DNA from: Macrostomum lignano
Lineage: Eukaryota
DNA: 64,000 nucleotides
Direction of reading: 5' to 3'
NCBI GenBank assembly: GCA_002269645.1
Contig: NIVC01000269.1
Span: 434,001-498,000, forward strand
Under the pieces are notes generated by a model, which ran no database searches, was not told the DNA's origin, and saw only the letters and a program-made list of their open reading frames with translations. This document shows, one piece after another, positions 25,797-37,289 of this stretch. Position 1 is the stretch's first letter. Each line of letters begins with the position of its first letter. Both the position numbers and the translations under genes were made by a program.

Positions 25797-26342
25797 ATGG
25801 CCGCTCTGCGTGTCTGCCAACCAATGTTGGTAACTAGGCTGTTGCTAGGCGGATCTCGCCGCCTATGCAGCCAATCTACTAACGAAATCCGCATGGTAGC
25901 CAAACGCGAAATGGAGCACTTCTGGGAGAAGAATCGCAAGCTGAAACGCCCATGGAGTCCGCATCTCACTATCTATGGCAATAGCATCACCATGATAACG
26001 TCGCTAATTCATCGCGTGTCTGGCATAGCCATGGGCCTGGCCTGGCCAGTGCTTGGCGTTGCTGGTTTCTATGCAGCCGGCAACTGGTCCAGAGTGGTAG
26101 ACTGGGCCCGGGGCAGCCAGCTGGGATATCCAGTTGTGTTCGGGGTTAAATCCGTTGTCTGCTTCCTGCCAGTGTACCACATGATCAACGGCATCAGGCA
26201 TCTGTGCTACGATCTTGGCTACGGATTTGATCTGGCCGTTACTAAACAGACTGGAGTGGTTGTCATCGCATTGGCCGTTGCCTGTACTCTGCTGCTGGCT
26301 TCGGTCAGACTGACTCCTCAACCGGCTGCTTCGAGGAAATAA
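25797..26342 (+). CDS. SDHC: Succinate dehydrogenase cytochrome b560 subunit, intronless CDS, 181 aa
   Basis: Basic presequence-like N-terminus, RPWSPHLTIY, SLIHRVSG, YHMINGIRHL heme-ligand motif and three hydrophobic segments. Confidence 0.95.
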   Translation: MAALRVCQPMLVTRLLLGGSRRLCSQSTNEIRMVAKREMEHFWEKNRKLKRPWSPHLTIYGNSITMITSLIHRVSGIAMGLAWPVLGVAGFYAAGNWSRVVDWARGSQLGYPVVFGVKSVVCFLPVYHMINGIRHLCYDLGYGFDLAVTKQTGVVVIALAVACTLLLASVRLTPQPAASRK

Positions 26343-26849
26343 AGATAAACATAATATTATTCTGCAGTCGACTTTTATATTAAAAATACACTTTTTGGAT
26401 TGTTTTAAGTCGCCCTTTCAGCTTACAAATTTGTGACCTTTGTTGTGTTTAGATAATAAAAAATAATAGTACATTAGTGTACAAGTATAGAAGTCCCCAA
26501 AACATTAGAAAAATTAACTTAACTACTTATCCACTTCTTATTCTGCAGTCGATGTGAAATATATTACTTAGTAAGTAGTAGCTCCCCGCTAGTATAACAG
26601 CCGTTTTTTTTCCTAAGAACACCGCGTAATGTAGATTGACGGTAGATGTAATTTTAAAAACTTAGCAAATAAAGTTATAAAATACAATAAATCATTATAA
26701 TGTTAATCTCGACTCCAAGTTCGAGTGAAACTAATATTTCATAGAAGTTCTGGATTTTCTTAGCTGGCCACTGGTCGCTTAGTCATTCAGTCTGCATTTT
26801 GATCTGGACTTGTTTATTCTTTTGTTTTTTGAACCTCATTTCTACTATT

Positions 26850-27500
26850 CTCCATTCAGAATCTCCCCATTCTCCATCCAGCCATTCATAATCTCCCCAT
26901 TCTCCATTCAACCATCCAGTCCAAAATCTCTCGATTTTCCACCCAGAATCTCTCCATTCTTCATCCAGAATCTCCCCATTCTCCATTCAGCCATTCAGAA
27001 TCTCTCGATTCTCCATCCAGAATCTCCCCATTCTCCATCCAGAATCTCCCCCATTCTTCATCCAGAATCCCCCTATTATACATCCAGAATCTACCCATTC
27101 TCGATCCATAATCCCCTGTTCTCGACCCAGAATCTCCCCATTCTCGATCCATAATCCCCTGTTCTCGACCCAGAATCTCCCCATTCTCGATCCATAATCC
27201 CCTGTTCTCGACCCAGAATCTCCCAATTCTCCATCCAGAATCTCTTCATTCTCCATCCAGAATCTCCCCATTCTCCATTCAGCCATTCAGAATCTCCCCA
27301 TTCTCCATTCAGCCATTCAGAATCTCCCCATTCTCCATTCAGCCATTCAGAATCTCCCCATTCTCCATTCAGCCATTCAGAATCTCCCCATTCTCCATTC
27401 AGCCATTCAGAATCTCTTGATTTTCCACCCAGAATCTCCCCATTCTCCATCTAGAATCTCTCAATTCTCCATCCAAAATCTCTCCATTCTCCATCCAAAA
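26850..27500. repeat. Pyrimidine-rich minisatellite with 30-bp and shorter variants
   Basis: Unit cagaatctccccattctccattcagccatt. Confidence 0.9.
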
Positions 27501-27798
27501 TCTTCCACTAGCTTTGGAATAACTACTACCACTAGCGTAAAGAAAAGAGAATGTGAAACATGAAGCCATTCAGTTTTCGTTTCTATATGTAAAAACGTTT
27601 CGGAATTTTTCTGAAATTCTTTACTTAGCTTTACTTAGAAAAATGGAAATAGTGATTTCATAAATGTATATTCATTCCTGAATCAGCAATAAGAAGATAT
27701 TTAGACAGTTAACATAATAAATATCAGTGTTATTATTATGACATTTTCATAATAATTAAGGGAGAAGATCTACACACACGTGCATATTGTACCAGATA

Positions 27799-29542
27799 CC
27801 GGTACGCAAAAAGTATCCGGACACTTGCATGTGTTGCAGAGAAGGACAGATAAATATGCACGTGTTGTACCCAAAATCAATGAATTTTTACATCGCAATT
27901 TAATGCAACAAATTGTCGTAGCTCGTTTTTCAGCAAAGTGGCCAATGCAACAGGTCGGTCTATTTTCACCTGGAAAGGTGATAATGGCTTAATTAAAGGT
28001 AGATGACGTAAATCGCGAAATTTCAAGCTCGTGTTCGATTTAACAACGTAAAAACGATTTTTTTCTAAAATGCGAACAAGAGAAACGTAACGCGGGCATT
28101 GAGCAACAAAAGTGAAACTTAATTTAAAGAAGCGGTCGCTTTTTCTAACAGAGTTCAAGATCGTCAGACTTCCTCGAATCAATCACCTGGCCCACTTGCT
28201 GAAATGTGCTGCTCAAATGGTTCCAACAAGCGGCTCTGCATGCCAGACTCGATTTAATCCACGATTGGAGAACCTCCTTGGGCAATCACCTTCTCAAGAC
28301 GACCACGAAACGCTTTGCAGCATCTCACCAGATATTCCGGAGTCAGCTCTGATTCCCAAGCCTCATGAATGGCAGATCTCAGCGAGTCCAGGGACGTGTG
28401 GAAGCTTCTGCAGGCCCGCTTGTCAACCTGGTTCCAGATCGAAAAATCCAGGGGATTTAGATCCGGTGAGTAGGCTGGCCAGTCCTCCTTCAGCCAGACG
28501 CGCTTGCGCCCGAAGTGAGCGCTGAGCCAGGCCTGCACGTCATTGCGAGTGTGTGCTGGAGCAGAGTCCTGCTGGAAGCGAAAGTTCCAGCCATCTGCAA
28601 AACTGCCATCCGGCCGCACCCTGTCAGGATAGTTACTGCGAATCCAGTGCAGCACTTTCTGGAGCACATCAAGGTACCCGTCTCCATTCAGTCGGTACCC
28701 CTTGTCAAAAAATATTGGCTGCATTTTCTTGCCATCAGAAGCGACGAGGCCGAAGACCATGATGGTTGCCGGGTGCTTAATCTGTGGCGAGTTGAAGGCG
28801 TCCCGCTCCTCACTGCTCCTGGCCAGCACGCGCGAAGAGCTGCGATTCCGGTAGGGTGTCTGCGTGAAGTTCTTTTCATCCGTGAAGAAGATGACTTCAA
28901 CTCCGGGAGAGGCCTTGAGGTCATTCAGGAGCCTCCGTGACCGTTGAACCCGAAGCCCCAGCTGATCCGCGTTCAGCATGGGGATCTCCCTCTGCACGAA
29001 GCTCCTGACGCCCATCTCCCGAAATGCATTGCGGACATTGCTCTCATGCACTCCTTCCTCTCGGGCAATTTGCCTCATCGTCTTCGTTGGGTCTTCTGCC
29101 CGCTTGGCTTCGAGGTTGGCCATGAAGTCTGGTGTCCGGACTGTCCGCGGCCGTCCCGATTTCTCCTTCGGTTCCAGGCTGTCGCCAGAATCCAGCAGCT
29201 TCTTCCAATCACCGACGGTGCTCTTCCCTACTGAGTACTTCTCAGCACACATTCGCACGCTCATTCCAGAAGTCAAGTCGGTAGCGACACGCTTCTTGAG
29301 ATCCAAGGAATAGCTTGCCATTTTGTGACAACTTGGGATGGCAAATCCGCGGATTGAAAACGAAGCTTTCGAAATAAAAGGATGAACAGCATGAGTCCAT
29401 TTTGCATATCAGGGTTAAAATTCCAGGCAGAAGTTGGGCCATAGACATATTATACAAATGATGCTTTAAATTCCCGGAGTATGTCAAACTCTCGGAAAGC
29501 AAAGCCAACAAGATTTTGTCCGGATACCTTTTGCGCACACGG
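27799..29542 (-). mobile_element. Tc1/mariner-superfamily DNA transposon, DD39D type, full length
   Basis: Imperfect TIRs of about 26 bp: ccggtacgcaaaaagtatccggaca and tgtccggataccttttgcgcacacgg. Each is flanked by TA (27797-8, 29543-4). They enclose an intact transposase ORF. Confidence 0.88.
28254..29321 (-). CDS. Transposase, 355 aa, N-terminal HTH plus DD39D catalytic domain
   Basis: SGRPR linker; FTDEK (D1), QQDSAPAH (D2), WPAYSPDLNPLDF (D3). I count 39 residues between D2 and D3. No stops or frameshifts. Confidence 0.93.
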   Translation of the reverse strand: MASYSLDLKKRVATDLTSGMSVRMCAEKYSVGKSTVGDWKKLLDSGDSLEPKEKSGRPRTVRTPDFMANLEAKRAEDPTKTMRQIAREEGVHESNVRNAFREMGVRSFVQREIPMLNADQLGLRVQRSRRLLNDLKASPGVEVIFFTDEKNFTQTPYRNRSSSRVLARSSEERDAFNSPQIKHPATIMVFGLVASDGKKMQPIFFDKGYRLNGDGYLDVLQKVLHWIRSNYPDRVRPDGSFADGWNFRFQQDSAPAHTRNDVQAWLSAHFGRKRVWLKEDWPAYSPDLNPLDFSIWNQVDKRACRSFHTSLDSLRSAIHEAWESELTPEYLVRCCKAFRGRLEKVIAQGGSPIVD

Positions 29543-29924
29543 TACAATATGCACGTGTGTGTAAATCTTCTCCCTTAATTATTATGAAAATGTCATAATA
29601 ATAACACTGATATTTTAACAGTATTTAACAGTAACATGCAGTATAAAAAACTGCTTTAAAAATCCAGCAAGGAAGAGTTACCACAGCTACAGTAATGTTA
29701 TTACCAGTGCAACACGCCATGTTCGAATGTTATTGTGAAAAAGAAACGAGCTTAAGTGTGCTCTTCTCGTCATGGTTCTACGTGCTTGAATAATTATTAC
29801 ACGACGTACGTATAATTACATGTACATGTAGTAAGAAAAGCACGTGATTTCGTTGTCCGTGACTCAGCTTAGTTTTGTCTATGGTTCAACCCCATACACT
29901 TTTCTAGCTGACACACAGGCCTAA

Positions 29925-30795
29925 TAAAGCTGAACTACTGACCCAAAATAGCTGACTCACACCCTGACCCAATTTCTAGCTGACCCACATTCTGACCCAA
30001 TTTCTAGCTGACCCACATTCTGACCCACTTTCTAGCTGACCCACACAGTGACTTAAGATCTAGCTGACCCACACACTGACCCTATTTCTAGCTGACCCAC
30101 AAACTGACCAAATTCTAGCTGACCTGACCCACATACTGACCCAATTTCTAGCTGACCCACAAACTGACCCACTTTCTAGCTGACCCACAAGCTGACCAAA
30201 TTCTAGCTGACCCACATACTGACCCACAAGCTGACCAAATTCTAGCTGACCCACATACTGACCCAATTTCTAGCTGACCCACAAACTGACCCACTTTCTA
30301 GCTGACCCACACACTGACCTAAGATCTAGCTGACCCACACACTGACCCAATTTCTAGCTGACCCACATACTGACCCACAAGCTGACCAAATTCTAGCTGA
30401 CCCACATACTGACCCAATTTCTAGCTGACCCACATTCTGACCCACTTTCTAGCTGACCCACACACTGACCTAAGATCTAGCTGACCCACACACTGACCCA
30501 ATTTCTAGCTGACCCACATACTGACCCACAAACTGACCAAATTCTAGCTGACCCACATACTGACCCAATTTCTAGCTGACCCACATTCTGACCCACTTTC
30601 TAGCTGACCCACACAGTGACCTAAGATCTAGCTGACCCACACACTGACCTAAGATCTAGCTGACCCACACACTGACCCAATTTCTAGCTGACCCACAAAC
30701 TGACCAAATTCTAGCTGACCCACATACTGAACCACAAACTAACCCAATTTGTAGCTGACCCGCTGACCCAATTTCTAGCTGACCCGCTGACCCAA
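29925..30795. repeat. Minisatellite of about 28 bp with variants
   Basis: Unit tttctagctgacccacatactgacccaa. Confidence 0.92.
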
Positions 30796-30862
30796 TAACA
30801 GCTGAGCTTCAGTCATGTGACACAGGTACATGTAACTGTATGCACATCATCAGCAAGAAAAT

Positions 30863-33800
30863 CTATCTAATTTTATAAACAACAAGTTGCTTCTTGAACA
30901 GATCAGCCACAACTAGCAGTTCTTTTCTGTTGCTAGACAGCCTAGCGCCGCCTGGAACAGCCGGCACAATGGCCAAGCCGCAGGGGAAACCGGCCACTGG
31001 TCGATCCTCAGTGCCTCCCCTCGGAGCCGGTTCCGACTCGATTGAGCACAGCGAAGCGCCGTCGGTTCCGGCTGACACAACCCGAATAGCGTCCCGACCG
31101 CTCTCGCTGATGTACAACCGATTGCGACTGTCAACTGCTGCATCGAGAGGCCGGTGGAAATTGTCCAAGCCAGTGCGCTTGGTTGGGTGAGCGACCAGCA
31201 CAGTGTGGGGGCTGTCAGCCAGCAGGCGGTACACTTTGCCGTGCCGCATGTCTGCGGCGAGCAGGCAGTCCTGGTGGAAAGCGACACTACGAAGCTCGGC
31301 ATCCGGTATCTGCCGGTTAGAAATAATTATATGGAATAGATGGATCTCATCCTTGTGGCGAAATGCTCAGCAACTTTCAGTGAGATTATATTCTCCATCC
31401 ATCAGAATCTCACCGTGAGCAGATTCATAATCTCACAGAAAAATCATCCTCATCAGAATCTTGACCCAATCAGAATCCCAACCTAATCAGAATCTCACCC
31501 TAATCAGAATCTCATCTTAATCAGAAACTCATCTTAATCAGAATCTCACCCCGATAAAAGAATCTCACCCCGATAAAAGAATCTCACCCTAATCATAATC
31601 TCACCCCGATAAGAATCTCACCCTAATCAGAATCTCACCCCGATAAGAATCTCACCCTAATCATAATCTCACCCCGATAAGAATCTCACCCTAATCATAA
31701 ACTCACCTTAACCAGAATCTCAGCCTCATCAGAATCTCACCGTGATCAGAATCCCACCCTGATCAGAATCTCACCCTCATCAGAATCTCAACTGAGAGAG
31801 ACAGAAATCCCACCCTTGGGAACTCACCTCATCCAAGGTAATCATAGTCTGCAGTTGCCCAGTTGCTTTGGCCATCACGGCAATCTTATTACCGCTAGAC
31901 AGGTACAAACTGCCGTGAGAGTTGCCGCCAATACCTCTAATAGAAAAGCCATCGTCGGGAGCCGGTATCACTCGAATCAGTCGGCCGCTCAAGTCCGTGA
32001 CTGTCACGCTGGACTTTTGGCCAACAAACAGCAGCTGCCGGTCGCAGTGGAGTCCGCAGACGGCCTCCTGCCATTGATTGGACTGGCAGTGACTGCTCAG
32101 TCTGACTGCACCGTCTGTGGACAGCACACTGAGATAGCTGCAACCCCGGACTCTGGCAACCAGACACGGCTCCGGCAGCGGTGTACACCCGGCAGCTTCG
32201 GGATCGTCAATACCAGAGCTAGTCAGGTCGGCGATTGATACAACGCGGCCATCGCTGTTGCCATAGAAACCGCTGCTATCCGGGCAGGCGGCGACCCATT
32301 CAACCCGATCGTCAAATTGAATAGTGTGACACTTCGGAAACATCGTTCGGGCTGCGCTCTGTGCAGTTGGAGGGTGAATGGGTTCACACACACTGTTAAT
32401 GAGTTCACACATCTTAAAGTACTTGACACTAGTCGTAAGGAGTTCACACAAATCCCTAAGGAGTTCACACAAATCCCTAAGGAGTTCACACAAATCCCTA
32501 AGGAGTTCACACAAATCCCTAAGGAGTTTACACAAATCCCTAAGGAGTTCACACAAATCCCTAAGGAGTTCACACAAATCCCTAAGGAGTTCACACAAAG
32601 CCCTAGAGTTCACACAAATACCTAAGGAGTTCACACAATTTTGAAAGGAGTTCACACAATTTTGAAAGGAGTTCACACAATTTTGAAAGGAGTTCACACA
32701 ATTTTGAAAGGAGTTCACACCAATCCTTAAGAAGTTCACACAATTCTTCAAGTAGTTGACAAAATTCGTAAGGATTTCACACAAATCCCTAATGAGATCA
32801 CAGAAATCCCTAACGAGTTCACACAATTCTAAAAAGGACTTCACACAATTCGAAAGGAGTTGTCGCGACTTCTTTCTTATTAATTTCTTCAGTTCATTTG
32901 CACTCGTTTCTGTTTATTCTGTTTTCTCTCTCTCTCTGTCCAGTTCAGTCTTGCTATTCTTATCTCTCTCCCTCGCTGCCCTCTGATTGGCTCTTCAATC
33001 TCGCCTCTCCTTAGTCGCGCACTCCAACCCCCTCCTTTTCTTAATTGCACTCAACCCCGCGGCCCACCATAGTTTTATGACCTTCATTTGGGCCCAAATT
33101 AGCTCGTAAGCAACAGAAGACAGAAGTTTCAATGCCGATTTATCAGTGAAACAAACAGATAAGCTGAAAACTCACAGCATTGGCTCCGGCAATGCCCATC
33201 TTTTTCAGCTGGCTGGACAGCAGAGCGCTGGCTCGAGTCAGTTGGCCGAGCTGCCGCTGCACCGCTTCGTCGCTGGAAGGTCCGTTGGCGTACTCTTGCT
33301 CAGCTATGGCGGTCTGCGCCTGACAACGGGTGATACATCCTGACATCATTTAGTATCCTGACATTCTTCGGGCATCCTGACATTCTTTGGACATCACGAC
33401 ATTTTTTGGATATCCTGACATTCTTAGGACATCCCGACATTCTTTGGGCATCCTGACACTCTTTTGGCATCCTGACATTATTTAGCATCCTGACATTCTT
33501 TAGTATCCTGACATTCTTTAGCATCCTGACATTCTTTAGCATCCAGACATTCTTTAGCATCCTGACATTCTTTAGCATCCAGACATCTTTAGCATCCAGA
33601 CATTCTTTAGCATCCAGACATTCTGTAGTATCCTGACTTTCTATACTTAGCATCCTGACATTCTTTAACATCCTGACTCTCTATATTTAGCATCCTGACA
33701 TTCTTTAGCATCCTAACATTCTTTAGCATCCAGACATTCTTTAGCATCCAGACATTCTTTAGCATCCTGACATTCTTTAACATCCTGACATTCTATATTT

Positions 33801-35141
33801 AGCATCCAGACATTCTTTAGCATCCTGACATTCTTAAGCAACCTGACATTTTTTAGCATCCAGACATTCTTTAGCATTCTGACATTCTTTAGCATCCTGA
33901 CATTCTTTAGCATCCTGACATTCTTTAGCATCCAGACATTCTTTAGCATCCAGACATTCTTTAGCATCCTGACATTCTATATTTAGCATCCAGACATTCT
34001 TTAGCATCCTGACATTCTTTAGCATCCTGACATTCTTTAGCATCCTGACATTCTTTAGCATCCTGACATTCTTTAGCATCCTGACATTCTTTAGCATCCT
34101 GACATTCTTTAGCATCCTGACATTCTTTAGCATCCTTACATTCTTTAGCATCCTGACATTCTTTAGCATCCAGACATTCTTTAGCATCCTGAAATCCTAA
34201 CACCCTTAGCGCCCTGACATCCTGACAACCTTAGCAATTTTATTTTTATCAAAGTTTTTTTCAACAAAGAATCTAATTGCTCACCATCTGCTGCACTCTA
34301 AGCGAGTTAATCTCATTGATTAACTCAACAATTCGATTCTTATCGCCCTGCTGCTTGGCCTCGGCCAGCTCCAGATCTTTCTGATCCGCGAGCTGTCTTG
34401 TCTCTTCGATAAATTTTAATCTATTACTGCAGGCGGTCAGGGACTGAATGGAGCGCCGGCCCCATTCATTGATGGAAGCTTGCATCGCGTCGAACACCTT
34501 GTTGACGTTCTCCTTTTGTCTGCAATGCGATGCAAAGCAGATGTGTTAATTTTCCATTAAGTTAACTTGAAATTTACACTTGGGTTGGGCGGAGACGGCT
34601 CTTGGGCACTATTTAATTAATTAGTAGATTGGGTAGCTATGTACCTAACGAACAGGTAGATAGGGTAGATATCTACCCCATGAACTGGTAAACAAAGGTA
34701 GCTATTTACTTAATGAATGGGTAAATAGAGATAGATATTTACTTAATGAGTGGGTAAATAGCTACATACAAAATGAACAGGTAGATAGCGTAGCTACCTA
34801 CCCAATAAACGGGTAAAGCGGGTAGCCAAACAACTAACTCACTTAAGCAATTTCTGTTCCTCTTGCTTCATTAACACTTTCATAGCTCCGGCACTTTCCA
34901 TATATGGCTGGATAAGATCAACAGCACTGATGTTCATCTCTCTGGCTGTATTCAGCTCTTCCAGCACATGATTAAAGCACAGTTGTCTACCGCTGAAGGG
35001 GCTCGGGTTTGTGGCAAATTCGTTGCAAACTTCGCACATCTGTGACTCGGCAGATGTGCTGGATGGATTGCCACCACCACCGCCTCTGTTGCTGCCACTT
35101 CCACTGTCACCTGGATCTGTGCCTTCTGCTACTTCACTCAT
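30863..35141 (-). CDS. Zn-finger/coiled-coil/NHL-repeat protein, 5 coding exons, about 551 aa, paralog of 7117-8811
   Basis: Exons 35141-34843, 34519-34285, 33319-33176, 32358-31828 and 31309-30863 join in frame; the exon-3 acceptor is the least certain. CEVCNE..PFS..CFNH; CGLHCDRQLLF and SSGNKIA are shared with the paralog; FHRPLDAAVDSRNRLYISE is NHL-like. Confidence 0.8.
31400..31792. repeat. Minisatellite of about 20 bp in NHL-2 intron 4
   Basis: Unit atcagaatctcaccct(a). Confidence 0.88.
32395..32855. repeat. 21-bp minisatellite in NHL-2 intron 3
   Basis: Unit aggagttcacacaaatcccta / aattttgaa variant. Confidence 0.92.
33335..34232. repeat. 18-bp minisatellite filling NHL-2 intron 2
   Basis: Unit catcc(t/a)gacattctttag. 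Confidence 0.95.
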
Positions 35142-36248
35142 GACAGAAATTATTAGGCAGTAAATGCTTATAATTTTATTGCAATTGTTCTTCATGAACA
35201 AAAATGCCAAATACTGCATTGCAAAAGTTCTAACAGAATAACAAAAACGTTCACTCCTACTACAAGTAGTAAAGTGAATAATTGTCTGATATTAGAAAAG
35301 TTGAATAAAAATTTAAATTAAGAAAGCCTTTTTAAACAATAATAAATATCTAACCTATAATTTAGGCAAATTGAAAATTGAAACTTTTTTCAAGCTAGAT
35401 GCAGTTTAATTTGTTTCATTTTTACTTTTAATATTTTTAAAGCAATCAATTTTTTAATAATAATTATTATTTAATTATACAATTTTTGGATATCTAAAAA
35501 ATTTTTATACATTTTGTTGTATATAAGTGCTACAACACATTAAATAGCATAGTAGCATATAATATATAAATAAATCTAAGAATAAACTAAAAAACATTTT
35601 TATCAATAGTATATACAGTCAAAGTTTTAAGGAAAAAAATTTTTGTTTATTTCAAACAACTCATGAATAAAATATATGGCACTCTTAGTCTTGACTTAAA
35701 GTATTATATTAATGCCAATAAATTTCATATCTATGCAAATGTTATATTTTGATTTGAACTAATTCAATACTAGCATATTTGATGTTTCAACTTGAATTGA
35801 AATTTAAAACCTTGATACTAGACTGCCATTAGAAAATATTTATTTTGAATTGACACTTTTTATTTATTAACACGTTTTCTTTGCTTTAAGCTGATGCCTA
35901 TTATAATTATGTATAGAAATGTTGCCTTAAAAAATTATATTGAAATAAATTTATTTAGTCATAATTGTATTGTAGCCTAGATTTGGAAATTAAAAAATGT
36001 TAAGAACTTTATTTTCACCTTAAAATGAAAAGCATTATTATTTAGTAATAAAAAAAATATTGTAACAAATAAAAATTTATAATTCTTTGTTTGATCTTTT
36101 ATTCAAACTACGAGTATATAAGAAACTGCATTGGGTAGATACAACTCTCTTGGGTAGATACAATCTTACAAAAAAGTTGACCTCGCCATGTACCTTTATT
36201 CTTTAAAAACTTAATAAGTACATTCAAAAAGAACCATTGTTATTGTCG

Positions 36249-36506
36249 CAGTGGCGGCGCAGGCAAGGGCCGGGGGCAGAGGGAGCTCCAACTAGGGGGT
36301 TGCCACCCTCCGTCCCCCCTGGGGTGTGACCACCCTCTCATCCCTCCGTCCGGTGACCCACCAAATTTTTTTTGGTACGAACTTGTTAAATGCATTTTTG
36401 TGAGATTTTAGCATAATGCGATGCTCTAATTCTACAAATTCCCTGGGGGAGACGGGTGACCACCCAACCACCGCCCGACCTAATCGGAGGTGATGCGCTG
36501 CCACTG
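36249..36506. mobile_element. MITE-like element (258 bp)
   Basis: 13-bp TIR cagtggcggcgca / tgcgctgccactg with 1 mismatch; GC-rich interior; no clear TSD. Confidence 0.6.
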
Positions 36507-37289
36507 TTAGTGCAGTATTTTATTTTGTATGTCAATGTCTTTATAACATTTATATTGGCTCGTCTTGAAATGTCATTTGTCTATTAATTTAAAAAGTCGT
36601 GGCCATTTTCTTGTAAACTAACAGCATTTAAAAGCTCTTCGCAATTTTATGAACTTAATGAAATGTCTCTAAACAATTTAAAAGCAATTTTTTATTTAAA
36701 CTAAGAACTAAAAAAATATTACTTTAGTTATTGTTACAGACAAGCTTTTTCTAAGTGGCTACTTTGTTTCAAATACTTCACGTACAACTTAACATCGGAA
36801 GTTTGATGAAATGTAAAGATAGCGAGCAAGTGCAGAGCAGATAAAAGAGATTTTACTTTGCTTTTTTAAAGATAATTTTAGTAGTATCAGCAGTTCTTCT
36901 ATTCTTAGTGTATTTCTCATGACTTTTCACTATTCTAGTCAACTTACTCCACGGATCGGTAGAAATTAAAATTACATGTACGAGTATATAATGGTGAAAA
37001 CTGATCAGAAAACTCCCCAGGCAATTAAACTTTTGCTAAATACAAATATAAATAAAAATCTGTTTATAAAACTGTTTTTGAGCGTTACACAGGCTTTCAA
37101 AAAATGTTTAATGATATTTTTGAAAACTTGTGATGATTCAGGGCTACATGATACGTAATCCGTCACCATAAATCATTTTCTCTGCTGCTGCGTCCACCCC
37201 AATTTCTCGTCCAATCACAGCGCGGCTGGTGGGTAACGTCATCAGGGTTGCTTGGTAAAACGGCCTTCAATATCACCTGAATCACTGAT

